NCBI GenBank assembly: GCA_963827685.1
Contig: CAWHBU010000004.1
Location: forward strand, 736,001-800,000
From: an uncultured delta proteobacterium
GTDB taxonomy: Bacteria > Desulfobacterota > BSN033 > UBA1163
DNA: 64,000 bases
Direction: 5' to 3'
Part shown: positions 49,744 to 59,101 of the stretch, one piece after another
Layout: every line of letters starts with the position of its first letter
Position numbering within the stretch: position 1 is the stretch's first letter
The notes under the pieces: generated by a model
What the model was told of the DNA's origin: nothing
The model's database searches: none
The model's input: only the letters and a program-made list of their open reading frames with translations
Program-made: the position numbers and the translations under genes

Positions 49744-51207
49744 ATGAGGATTAAAGACAAATTAATTGATGCGTTTTTTGGAAGTACCATTGAATCGAAG
49801 GTGAAGGAACGCATTAAGGCGGCGTCGATCCTCGATGCGCCGACGGTTGAGGACCTTAAGTGGAGGCGCCTGACCACCAACGCCAACCGCGACCTTCTGC
49901 CCATAACGCAGGACCGGATGATCGAGATCGCCTACTGGCTTCACGAGACGAATCCACTCGCGGGCTGGCTGATCGATATCACCACGGCTTTCATCATGGC
50001 CGAGGAGTTGCCGTATGAATCAAAGGATGAGGAAATCAAGGCCGTGCTCGATGGTTTCTGGAACGATCCAGTCAACCGGATGGACCTTTACTTTCCGAAG
50101 CACGTCTCCGAACTCCACATCTTCGGCGAGCTCTGCATGCCCGCCTTTGTTGCAAAGCAAACGGGCCGGGTGAGGCTCGGCTACGTAGATCCAGCGCAGA
50201 TCGATATCGTCGCGACCGACCCCGAGAATGTGAAGATGCAGATCGGCGTCATCACCAAGCCCTGGACCGGCCTGGTCGGGGGCTTTCAGATCAATCAGGA
50301 TCCCAAAAAATATCGGACGGTCCTGCCGGAGGAAGCCGAATACGTTCTTTCGCCCACAGCGAAGCAGCTCCGCAATCAATTCACGGATGGCGATTGTTTT
50401 TATTTCTCGATCAATAACGTGACGAATTCTCCGAGAGGCCGATCGTCTTTGCTTTCCGTCGCCGATTGGCTCGACGCCTATGAGCAATATCTTTTCGATT
50501 TCGCGGATAAGTGGCCGCAGTTCAACTCCTTCGTGTGGGACATCTTGGTGCAAGGCGGCAACGAGGACGACATCAAAAAACAGGTCGCGAACTTCAGCAA
50601 AAAATCCGGGTCATCCTTTGGCCATAATGAGAAAGTGACACTGTCGCCTTTGGCGCCCGAGATGAAAGCAATGGATGCGGAGACTGGAGCCAGACTTTTT
50701 CGCAATCATATCCTCGGCCCGTTCGGATATCCGGAGCACTGGTATGGCGGGGGAGGCGACGTGAATCGGGCGACGGCCTCCGAGATGGATATGCCGGCAA
50801 TCAAGATGCTCTCATACAAGCAAAATTACGTAAAATTTGCGCTGATGGAAATCCTCGGATACCAGGTCAGGCAGGCGAGGCAGGCTGGTTATCTCCGGGC
50901 GCCGGGGGATGCGACTTTCTCAGTGACCACGCCGGTCATGCAGGCAAAGGATGTTTCCAAATTCGGAGCGATGGTCCAGCAGGTGGCGGCAGCCCTGTTG
51001 ACGGCCGAGAGCCAAGAGTGGATCGATAAGGAGACTGCCCGCAAACTCTTCGCCGCAATGGTCGGATTCCTCGGAGTGGATATCGATCTCGATGAGGTGA
51101 AGAAGGCCCTGGCGGAAGGCGGGGGAGACCAAAGTGCGATCCAGGATTACCTGAAGAAAAAACCGGTCCTGCCTCAACCCGCGCAAGGGGTGAGGAGAGT
51201 GAAGTAA
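49744..51207 (+). CDS. Portal protein
   Basis: About 490 aa directly after TerL; GE..., RGRS.L, G.P....G...NRATA. Confidence 0.85.
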   Translation: MRIKDKLIDAFFGSTIESKVKERIKAASILDAPTVEDLKWRRLTTNANRDLLPITQDRMIEIAYWLHETNPLAGWLIDITTAFIMAEELPYESKDEEIKAVLDGFWNDPVNRMDLYFPKHVSELHIFGELCMPAFVAKQTGRVRLGYVDPAQIDIVATDPENVKMQIGVITKPWTGLVGGFQINQDPKKYRTVLPEEAEYVLSPTAKQLRNQFTDGDCFYFSINNVTNSPRGRSSLLSVADWLDAYEQYLFDFADKWPQFNSFVWDILVQGGNEDDIKKQVANFSKKSGSSFGHNEKVTLSPLAPEMKAMDAETGARLFRNHILGPFGYPEHWYGGGGDVNRATASEMDMPAIKMLSYKQNYVKFALMEILGYQVRQARQAGYLRAPGDATFSVTTPVMQAKDVSKFGAMVQQVAAALLTAESQEWIDKETARKLFAAMVGFLGVDIDLDEVKKALAEGGGDQSAIQDYLKKKPVLPQPAQGVRRVK

Positions 51208-51269
51208 AACCCAAAAAAGCATGGGGCATGGGGCATAGAGCAGAGAGCAAAAAAGGACAAGGAGGCGCG

Positions 51270-51488
51270 ATGAAAAAAATCTATAGACCGGAAGAATTGG
51301 CGAAAAAAATAGGAGTCACGGAGAGGGTACTCCTCGATTGGAGAGACCTCGGGATGCCCTGGGTAAAAATCGGCAAAGCGATCTACATTTTTGAGGATAG
51401 TTTCATAAGGTGGGTCAAGACCCAGGAAAGGGTGGGTGTTGCTCAGGATGCCTCAGGACAAGACTTATCGGAGGAACCTATACAATGA
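51270..51488 (+). CDS. Excisionase/MerR-like HTH protein
   Basis: PEELAKKIGV....L.DWRD.GMP.VKIG; RBS AAGGAGG. Confidence 0.75.
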   Translation: MKKIYRPEELAKKIGVTERVLLDWRDLGMPWVKIGKAIYIFEDSFIRWVKTQERVGVAQDASGQDLSEEPIQ

Positions 51489-51680
51489 GATGCCCCCTCT
51501 TTTTTTCGTTACGTTTCGCATACGGATTGATGCTGTTTCACTACGTTTGGACACCTTTTGGTGACGCCGGATCAGGGGTCACTGGTCAAAATTGGGTCTT
51601 TCGGCTCAATCCGCAATCCCTGCCTGCGCGAAGCGCTCCGGCGAAGGCAGGCGCAATCCGAATTCCGCATTGGAGGCAGG

Positions 51681-52499
51681 ATGCCGTCTCTTAAGGAAAT
51701 CGAGTTTGCACGAAAGATGAAGGCGTTGCTCCAGGAGGCGGATAACCTTCAGGATGACGCGGTAAAGAGGGTGCTCGCCATCCTCAGCCAGGCGCGAAGG
51801 GAAGTGGCAGCCGACGTGGCATCGACCGACTGGGAGGCTTACCGCCTCAAGGGACTAAAGGAAGCAATCGAGAGGGCGATGACCGATTTTGCTGACAAAT
51901 ACAGTATTGATCTCAGGAGCGCCCAGGCCGACCTTTTCGACCTCGGCATTGCCAGGGCGAATATCCCTCTCGGCGTTGCCACTGCCATGTCGATGGTCCC
52001 ATCCATCAATATCAAGGCGCTGGAGATCGCCCAGAACTACTCGTCGGATCTTATCAGCAACCTTACTGAAGACGCGATCAAGAAAATCAATCAAGAACTG
52101 ACGATGGGGATCCTTGGCGTGAAGACGCCCTTTGAGGTGATGACGGCCATCGGGAAAAATCTTGAGGATCCTTCGGTTTTTAAATCGATCGCAAGCCGGG
52201 CAGAGGTGATCACCAGGACAGAGACCGGAAGAATTTTCGAGATGGCCACTCAATCGAGGCTTGAGGACGCACAGAGGGTTGTGCCGGACATGAAAAAACA
52301 ATGGATGTCGTCGCCGATGAGACCGACGGCCAGGCCCGAGCATCACACGCCAGAGGTTGATGGACAGATCCGCGATGTGGATGAGACCTTTGACGTGGCC
52401 GGAGAGCAGTTGATGTTCCCGGGCGATCCGGCGGGATCCCCGTGGAACACAATCAACTGCGGCTGACGGAGTGTGCCGTATATGTCCAGTTGGGCATGA
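51681..52499 (+). CDS. Minor head protein MuF/gp30; stops at 52466 unless TGA is read as Sec (then ends 52499)
   Basis: RA..I.RTE, KKQW...R..H...DGQ, FPGDP...INCG-TGA-RSVPY; SECIS-like hairpin at 52482-52497. Confidence 0.88.
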
Positions 52500-52655
52500 A
52501 GGGTTATTGGGTTCATTGGGTTCGTTGAGTCATTGAGTTTTCGGGTTCATTGAGTTCTTTGGGTTATCGGGTCCATTGGCCTGCCGCAGGCCTGCGGCAG
52601 GCAAGCAACTCAAAGAACACAAGTAACCGGAAGGAGCGACGGAGAGGCGCAAAAA

Positions 52656-53222
52656 ATGAAGAAGAGATTAATTGAGGTTATAGCGTGCGGACTCGTAGTT
52701 GCGGCACTTGCCGTCGCGACGTACTACCGGAACGAGATCTGGGGAAGCGAGATGAGCCTGTGGCGCGACGCCGCGAAAAAATCTCCTTATAAGGATCGGC
52801 CTGCGATCAATCTTGCGACGGCGTTGGCCCAGCAGGGGAGATTTGAAGAGGCCAAACATGGGATTCAGAGATACCTTGAGATCAATCCGCAATCCATCGA
52901 GGCCCAGAACAATCTCGGAGCGATTCTGAGCCTCCAGGGAAAATACGACGAGGCCCTTTACCATATTTTTGAGGCCCTGCGAATCGATCCAAAAAACCCA
53001 ATCGCCCACAATAACGCGGGCGCGGTTCTATGCAAGCAAGGCCAGTACCAGGAGGCCCTCATCCATTTTAAGGAGGCGCTCAAAAGCAAGTCCGATTTTG
53101 AGGACGCGCGGAAGAACTACGAGACCATCTCGGCGGCGATAAAGAAGAAGGTTGAGGCTAAAGTTGAGGTTAAGGCTGAGCCAAAGGCTAACGCCAAGGC
53201 TAAGGTTGAGTCTAAAGAATAA
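52656..53222 (+). CDS. Membrane-anchored TPR protein resembling the C-terminal part of TMTC-like proteins
   Basis: TM helix, T..RN..W.....LW.D..KKSP...R...NL, then TPR repeats; tail encoded by AGGTTG/AGGCTA repeats. Confidence 0.8.
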   Translation: MKKRLIEVIACGLVVAALAVATYYRNEIWGSEMSLWRDAAKKSPYKDRPAINLATALAQQGRFEEAKHGIQRYLEINPQSIEAQNNLGAILSLQGKYDEALYHIFEALRIDPKNPIAHNNAGAVLCKQGQYQEALIHFKEALKSKSDFEDARKNYETISAAIKKKVEAKVEVKAEPKANAKAKVESKE

Positions 53223-53245
53223 TCCAAAAAAAGGAGGTTACGACA

Positions 53246-53473
53246 ATGGCAAAGATTGATCCGAAGTATTTGAAGGGAATCAAAATGACAGGGGCAGATG
53301 AGAAAATCGTTGAAAAGGACGGAAGGAAGACCACGCAGAGCATTCCCTGGGAGCGCCAGGCGACGGAAGAGGACGTCCTTTCCTGGAAGGACTATGGCGA
53401 TTTCGTTCGCATCGCTATTAAGGATGGCCGGAAATACGACGTGTCTAAGGAAAGGAAAGAAGAAAAAAAATAG
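53246..53473 (+). CDS. Small hypothetical phage protein
   Basis: AAGGAGG RBS; directly before the capsid gene. Confidence 0.7.
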   Translation: MAKIDPKYLKGIKMTGADEKIVEKDGRKTTQSIPWERQATEEDVLSWKDYGDFVRIAIKDGRKYDVSKERKEEKK

Positions 53474-53480
53474 AAATGAT

Positions 53481-53554
53481 GATTTCATGGATTAAAAAGC
53501 GGGATTTCACAGATTCGAAATCCATGTAATCACGGTTTTAAAATCGGTGTAATC
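53481..53554. repeat. Four-box hairpin element, copy 2
   Basis: Same layout as copy 1; upstream of the capsid gene. Confidence 0.8.
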
Positions 53555-53573
53555 ACGCGAGTGGAGGCAAACA

Positions 53574-56207
53574 ATGGATCCCAAAGAGGCTCAAAAGGCC
53601 AGAGCGAGCAAATGGAATATCGCCATTAAGGATGGCGGCCATGTGACGAAACCTGGGCAGTGGTCGAGCGTTCCGGATGAGGAATTCCTCGATCCGGTCA
53701 ATTATCGATATCCGTGTCCTAACGCAGATCAAACCAGGGCGGCAGCCGCCTACTGGGGCCAGGCCGACAACCAGGCGCAGTACTCGAGCGAAGAGAAAGC
53801 CATCATTAATAGAAGGCTCGATGAGATGGAGAAAAAATTTAATATTGGAGATCGTCAATCGGGTGCCATGAGCTTTTCCGAGACTCGCCGCGCTCTCTGC
53901 CAGGCGCTTTCGGCAAAATTTCCGAACATGCCCGGCGATATCGTTGATATCTACAACGATTATTGCATCTTCTCGGACGGCGAGAACAACCTTTTCGAGA
54001 TCCCATATGGTGTCGATGCAAATGGGACCATTACGTTCGGCGACAAGGTAAAGGTGAGAAAAGAAGTAACCTATTTGAAAGTGTCATCTGCCTCTCATCT
54101 CTCAAAGGCCATCGGTGCCACGACGGATCCGAATTACGGATACCAATGGGACGTTCAGATCGTCGAGGCGGGCCCAGACCGTCAAGGCACGGCGATCTAT
54201 CCCTACGAGGTCCTGAAAGCGGCGATTCCTCTGTACGAAGGGGCCAAAGTTTTTGCCCTCTCTCAGGGTCAACATGATAATCCCGATAATCCATTCGGAA
54301 AATCAGTCCGCGATCTCGTGGGGTGGATCTCGGGTGTGAGACCTAACGACAAAGGGTTGGAAGGAAAACTCAATATTTTAAAAACCGCATCCTGGCTTCG
54401 GGACATGATAGTCGATTCCTGGAATCGTGGGAAAAAAGACCTGGTCGGCCTTTCCCATGACATCCTGGCCAGGGTGGCATCGGGTCCGGCGCCGCGAAAG
54501 GCAGAAAAGATCGTCCGGGTCGATTCGGTTGATGTTGTCTATGATCCCATCGCAGGTGGGAAATTCATAAGAATGGCTGCGGCCGCGGCTAAGGCGGCGA
54601 GTCAAAAGGAGGCTACCATGTTCAAGCAGATGTTGGCCGCACTTAAAAAGCAGCGGCCGGATTTGAAGGATCAGATCGAAGCGTTGGAGGCAAAGGGCGA
54701 CGCCGTCACCGAGGACGAGATCTCCACTCTCCTGGCACAGGTGACGGGAGCAAGCACAAGCAGAAGCGAGTTTGAAAAATATCTCGAAAAACTCACCGCA
54801 TCCGTGAGCGAGATAACCAAGCAGCAGGCCCAGAAAATGATTGACGAGGCCACGAAGAAATTCGAGGATGCCCAGAAACTCCTGGCCTGCGCGCAGTTGC
54901 TGACGGATGAGCTCGAAGCGTCGAAGCTGCCGGATGTGATGAAAGCGCGGATCAGGAAACAGTTCTCCGCCAGGGTCTTCGAAGTCGAAGACCTCAAGGC
55001 CGCGATTAAGGATGAAAAAGAAATTGCGGATAAGTTGACCGGAAGCGGGACAGTGAGCGGAGTCGGCGGCCTTCGCATGGAGGTCGGAGAAGGCGAACCC
55101 GAAAAGCTCCAGGCCGCTCTCGATAAACTCATGGGAGCGGAGGTGGACGAGAAATTTAAAACCGTGCCGGCGTTCCATTCTCTCAGGGCAGCGTACACGC
55201 GGCTGACCGGAGACCCGGAGGTCCGCGGGATTCCCTCGCGCGAAGCGATCAAGCTCGGCGAGGCCTTCATGAACATGATGAGGCTGCCGGCTGCCTACAG
55301 CACAAGTTCTTTCTCGTTCGTGCTGGGCAATTCGATGTATCGGCGTCTGATCAAAGAATACAATGCGGTGAACTACCGCGAGGACGCGTTGATCTCCTTC
55401 TACCGTAACGCCGAGAATTTCAAAACCCTTGAGATCATCCAGGTCGGCTATTTCGGAGACGTGCCCGATGTAAACCCGGAAACGGCCGATTATGTCGAAA
55501 TTACCATGCCGACGGATATCGAGGCGACCTACGCCATCAACCAGAAAGGATGGATTTTGACGGTTACGCGGCGGGTGGTGCTTAACGATGACCTCAAGAC
55601 CGTGACCCAGCTCATTTCCAAGATGGGCCGTGCGCACAGAAGGACCCATGCCAAGCGCGCATGGAACAAAATTATTTCGAACGCCACCTACAAGGGCGAC
55701 AGCAAGGCCCTGTTCCATACGGATCACGGAAACCTCGGGGCTGTGGCGCTTACCCTTGACGCGACCGGCGTGGCCACTGTGACGAACCGGTTAAAGGCCA
55801 TGTACGCCCAGGCCGAGCAAGATTCTGGGGAGAAACTGGCACTCATTCCAAGATGTCTCTGGGCCCCGAGAGATTGTCTTGAAATCGCCCAGGGACTCAA
55901 TGCGCCCTGGCCGGGGGCAGCTACGCCCAACCCCCACGCCTACAGGTTCGGTCAGAACAACGAGAACATCATCTGCAACCCGCTCTTCACGGACGTCAAC
56001 GATTGGGGCCTGATTGCCGATCCTGGAGATGCGGAACTTCTCGAGGCGGCCTACCTCAACGGGCAACGGGAACCTGAATTTTTCGTCGCCGATAACCCGG
56101 TGATGGGCCAGATGTTCGTGGCGGATAAGATCCAATACAAGAGCCGCCATGAGTACGAATTTGAGATCGCGGACTATCGCGGGTTCGATAAATCGGTATG
56201 CGCATAA
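53574..56207 (+). CDS. Fused prohead protease/scaffold/major capsid protein with a DUF6582-like N-terminal domain
   Basis: YRYP.....TRAA..YW; protease-like H...VG.I, GLS.D, SVDVVYDP.AGG; coiled-coil scaffold; Mu gpT-like capsid (ALFH.DHGNL, YLNGQREPE, DYRG). Confidence 0.88.
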   Translation: MDPKEAQKARASKWNIAIKDGGHVTKPGQWSSVPDEEFLDPVNYRYPCPNADQTRAAAAYWGQADNQAQYSSEEKAIINRRLDEMEKKFNIGDRQSGAMSFSETRRALCQALSAKFPNMPGDIVDIYNDYCIFSDGENNLFEIPYGVDANGTITFGDKVKVRKEVTYLKVSSASHLSKAIGATTDPNYGYQWDVQIVEAGPDRQGTAIYPYEVLKAAIPLYEGAKVFALSQGQHDNPDNPFGKSVRDLVGWISGVRPNDKGLEGKLNILKTASWLRDMIVDSWNRGKKDLVGLSHDILARVASGPAPRKAEKIVRVDSVDVVYDPIAGGKFIRMAAAAAKAASQKEATMFKQMLAALKKQRPDLKDQIEALEAKGDAVTEDEISTLLAQVTGASTSRSEFEKYLEKLTASVSEITKQQAQKMIDEATKKFEDAQKLLACAQLLTDELEASKLPDVMKARIRKQFSARVFEVEDLKAAIKDEKEIADKLTGSGTVSGVGGLRMEVGEGEPEKLQAALDKLMGAEVDEKFKTVPAFHSLRAAYTRLTGDPEVRGIPSREAIKLGEAFMNMMRLPAAYSTSSFSFVLGNSMYRRLIKEYNAVNYREDALISFYRNAENFKTLEIIQVGYFGDVPDVNPETADYVEITMPTDIEATYAINQKGWILTVTRRVVLNDDLKTVTQLISKMGRAHRRTHAKRAWNKIISNATYKGDSKALFHTDHGNLGAVALTLDATGVATVTNRLKAMYAQAEQDSGEKLALIPRCLWAPRDCLEIAQGLNAPWPGAATPNPHAYRFGQNNENIICNPLFTDVNDWGLIADPGDAELLEAAYLNGQREPEFFVADNPVMGQMFVADKIQYKSRHEYEFEIADYRGFDKSVCA

Positions 56208-56223
56208 ATGGCCAGGGGCCATT

Positions 56224-56300
56224 GATTTCACAGATAAAAAAAGGTTGGATTACACGGATTAAAAAATCTGAGCAATCTTGGTTTTAAAATCAGTGTAATC
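56224..56300. repeat. Four-box hairpin element, copy 3
   Basis: Same layout; directly after the capsid gene. Confidence 0.8.
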
Positions 56301-56323
56301 AGCGAAGCAAAAAGGAGGAAACA

Positions 56324-56758
56324 ATGAAAAGGTTAAGAAAAGGTCTATCGGTTTTAGCGATTCTGATGATGCTGATGCTGCCGATGGCGGCGTTGGCTGC
56401 CACGCCTAACCCTTCGCCCGCATCGCCCGGATATATGGTGCTGACGTTTCATGTGAGCGGTGCCATCACTACCGGCAACGGCACGGGCATCATCAAGTTT
56501 AACATGCCATTCCCGGCGAGACTGATCACGGTGCAACAGAGTTGCCAAACACTTACGGGGACGGCGCCAACAGTCGATGTCCTAATTGCCGGATCGTCCG
56601 TCCTGACCTCCGTGACGACAATGACAACCGCCGGCATCGTTTACGAGGCGGCCATTGCAACACCTACGATCGCGGATGAGGCAGCGGTGACGGTCAATTT
56701 GACTACGGGCACCTCCGTCGGCAACACCACGATCATTATGGTGCTGAAAAGGCAGTAA
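56324..56758 (+). CDS. Thr-rich beta protein with signal-peptide-like N-terminus (head decoration position)
   Basis: MKRLRK-hydrophobic-ALA leader; F.MPFPARL. Confidence 0.7.
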   Translation: MKRLRKGLSVLAILMMLMLPMAALAATPNPSPASPGYMVLTFHVSGAITTGNGTGIIKFNMPFPARLITVQQSCQTLTGTAPTVDVLIAGSSVLTSVTTMTTAGIVYEAAIATPTIADEAAVTVNLTTGTSVGNTTIIMVLKRQ

Positions 56759-56764
56759 AATTGT

Positions 56765-56889
56765 TACTTGGGTTCATTGGGTTCGTTGTGTTTATTGGGT
56801 TTATTGAGTTCATAGGGTTAACTCAAGAAACTCAAGTAACTCAAGTAACCCAAAGAACCCAAGTAACTCAACAAACTCGATAAACCCAA
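56765..56889. repeat. Palindromic 9-mer array
   Basis: (TTGGGTTNA)n, then GTTAAC centre, then (TAACYCAAG)n; related arrays at 49612-49728, 52500-52628, 58103-58204, 58688-58862. Confidence 0.8.
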
Positions 56890-57579
56890 ATGAACTACGC
56901 TCAGATCAAAGACAAGGTTGATCAGACGGTAAAAGACACGGCCGGCAAGCTCGATCCGACCGAGCGGGATAATTTCATCCAGGAGGCTGTAAAAATATAC
57001 AGTAAGCATCGGCCCCGCGAGGTGGTCAAGGATATCGCAGGCGCGAATGCGTACGACTATTCGATTGGAACGAACCTTGCTTCGTGGATCGATGATTTTT
57101 CAATCATCAAGAGCATCGAATATCCGGCAGATCAGAGAGATCCTCAATACATCGATGAGGACGATTTCATCATTTATAAGAAGGAATCCGATCTATTCAT
57201 CAGATTTTTAGCAGACACACCGCAAGCAACCGAGAAAATCCGGGTCACGTATACGGCCCTTCATATACTTTCTGAAGCACTGAACACCATCCCTCTGGTC
57301 GACCAGGATGCGGTTTGCAATCTCGCTGCCAGTCTCTGTTCCGGCGCCCTGGCAAGCTACTACGCCCAAACTTCCGACTCAACGATCGGAGCCGATTCCG
57401 TCAATTATCGGACGAAGAGTCAGGAATATTCCTCGAGGGCAAAGGACCAGAAGAAACTTTACATGGACCACCTTGGCCTCAAGGATGGTGATGTCGCCCC
57501 GGCGAGTGTCAGGAAGGCGGTGGACGTAACGTATCCCGGAGGCGCGGATAGACTAACGCACCCGAGAAAATGGAGATAG
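56890..57579 (+). CDS. Head-tail adaptor-like protein
   Basis: Position after the capsid; I.EAV..YS...P, SIEYP. Confidence 0.6.
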   Translation: MNYAQIKDKVDQTVKDTAGKLDPTERDNFIQEAVKIYSKHRPREVVKDIAGANAYDYSIGTNLASWIDDFSIIKSIEYPADQRDPQYIDEDDFIIYKKESDLFIRFLADTPQATEKIRVTYTALHILSEALNTIPLVDQDAVCNLAASLCSGALASYYAQTSDSTIGADSVNYRTKSQEYSSRAKDQKKLYMDHLGLKDGDVAPASVRKAVDVTYPGGADRLTHPRKWR

Positions 57580-57641
57580 TAAACAGAAGGCAGTAGGCAG
57601 AAGGCAGAAAGCAGAAGGCAAAAAGTTCCAGGATTCAAAAA

Positions 57642-58100
57642 ATGATAGACCTGAAGTTCACCGTTGACTGGAGAAATCAGCAAGCCTTCGAACAGGCACC
57701 CGAGATCTTCCAGCAGGAGAAGGCGGCCGCACTAACTGAGGCAGGCATGCTCCTTGAAAAAGAGATCGCGGCGAGGACTCCCGAAGGCGCCACCGGCATT
57801 CTGAGAAAGTCAATCGCTTCGCAATTGTTCGGAGACAGGATGGAAGTCGGAACGCCGATTGCCTACGCAGAGCCGGTTGAATACGGATCGAAGGCCCACT
57901 GGGCGCCGCTGGCGCCTCTGGAAATGTGGGCCATTAGAAAATTCGGCGATGCAGCGATTGGGAAAAAGGTCTGGTATTCCATCGCTCATAAGGGAACGAG
58001 GGCGGTTCTCATGTTCACCCGGGCTTTTGCCATGAATTATTCGAAGATCGAAAAGATTCTCGAATCGATCGGCGATAAAGTCGCCGCAAGGTTTAAGTAG
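57642..58100 (+). CDS. HK97 gp10-like neck/tail completion protein
   Basis: RTP.GATG.LR.SI, VGT...YA..VEYG...H, I...GT.....F. Confidence 0.8.
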   Translation: MIDLKFTVDWRNQQAFEQAPEIFQQEKAAALTEAGMLLEKEIAARTPEGATGILRKSIASQLFGDRMEVGTPIAYAEPVEYGSKAHWAPLAPLEMWAIRKFGDAAIGKKVWYSIAHKGTRAVLMFTRAFAMNYSKIEKILESIGDKVAARFK

Positions 58101-58206
58101 TTTATGGGGTTCATTGAGTTATTGGGTTCATTGAGTTCCTGCGGCAGGCCAATAAACCCAATAAACCCAATAAACCCAATGAACCCAATGAACCCAATAA
58201 CCAGAG

Positions 58207-58692
58207 ATGAGTATAGCGAATATAAGGACCCAGATCAAAGCGATCCTTCAAACCGTGAGCGGGATCGGCGTGGTCCATGATTACGAACGCTGGGCCGTGG
58301 ATTGGGCGAAAGTCCTGGACCTCCTGAAGCCGGCGGATCAGGACAAGATCAATGGTTGGATGATCACGAGAACGGGCCTCGAAGAAAAACTGGAAACCTT
58401 CGGAATAAATCTTGCGGGCCACAGCATTCTGATTCGTGGAGTTTATAGCCTGGATGACGCAAGCGCCTCCGGCAAGACGTTCGATGATCTGATCGACGCC
58501 ATTCGAGATGCCTTCCGTGTGAAATATGATCTGAACGGATCCTGCCAGTCGATTTTTATGGATTTTGCCGAGATGCAGGCGGAAGGAAAGATCGGGATCC
58601 AGGTGAAGATCAACGAAGTGAGGACCTTTGCAGGGGTCCTCTGTCATTATTGCGAGCTCCTTCTCGGAGCGCAGGAACGAATTAGTTACTGA
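58207..58692 (+). CDS. Tail terminator-like protein
   Basis: IR..I...L..V.GIG.VH.YER, GVLCHYCEL.L; directly before the tube gene. Confidence 0.7.
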   Translation: MSIANIRTQIKAILQTVSGIGVVHDYERWAVDWAKVLDLLKPADQDKINGWMITRTGLEEKLETFGINLAGHSILIRGVYSLDDASASGKTFDDLIDAIRDAFRVKYDLNGSCQSIFMDFAEMQAEGKIGIQVKINEVRTFAGVLCHYCELLLGAQERISY

Positions 58693-58877
58693 GTTACTTG
58701 GGTTCTTTGAGTTCTTTGAGTTCTTTGAGTTGTTTGCCTGCTGCAGGAACTCAATGAACTCAATAACCCCTGCCTATGCCGAAGCGGCTCCCGCCTACGC
58801 GAAGTCCACGCTTCGGTGGGCGTAGGTAGGTCGCGCAGGCAGGCAATGAACTCAATGAACCAGAAAATGGAGGCAGG

Positions 58878-59048
58878 ATGAAAGAGAAAAAATCATCGGA
58901 GAAAACCGAGACGGCGGCTCAAGCCGAACCGTTGACCCAAATTCTGACCATCAAAGATGCGGTGACGTACATCGTCGACGAGCAGGGAAACGAAGTCAAA
59001 CAAGAATCAGAAAGCAGTAAGCAGAAAGCAGAAAGCAGTGATCAGTAA
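58878..59048 (+). CDS. Small protein, 56 aa (not in the ORF track)
   Basis: GGAGG RBS; MKEKKSSEKTETAAQAEP...; sits between terminator-like and tube genes. Confidence 0.5.
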   Translation: MKEKKSSEKTETAAQAEPLTQILTIKDAVTYIVDEQGNEVKQESESSKQKAESSDQ

Positions 59049-59101
59049 TTACTGCCTACTGCCTGGTGCCTACTGCATACTGAAGCACAGGAGGTTTAAA
59101 A

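Noticed and set aside
52467-53222. MuF-toxin fusion by read-through into the TPR gene
   Set aside because: Read-through adds only 11 residues before a second TGA, and a repeat array separates the genes
54378-55727. 449-aa minus-strand ORF and similar long antisense ORFs
   Set aside because: Shadows of well-supported plus-strand genes, with no recognisable motifs
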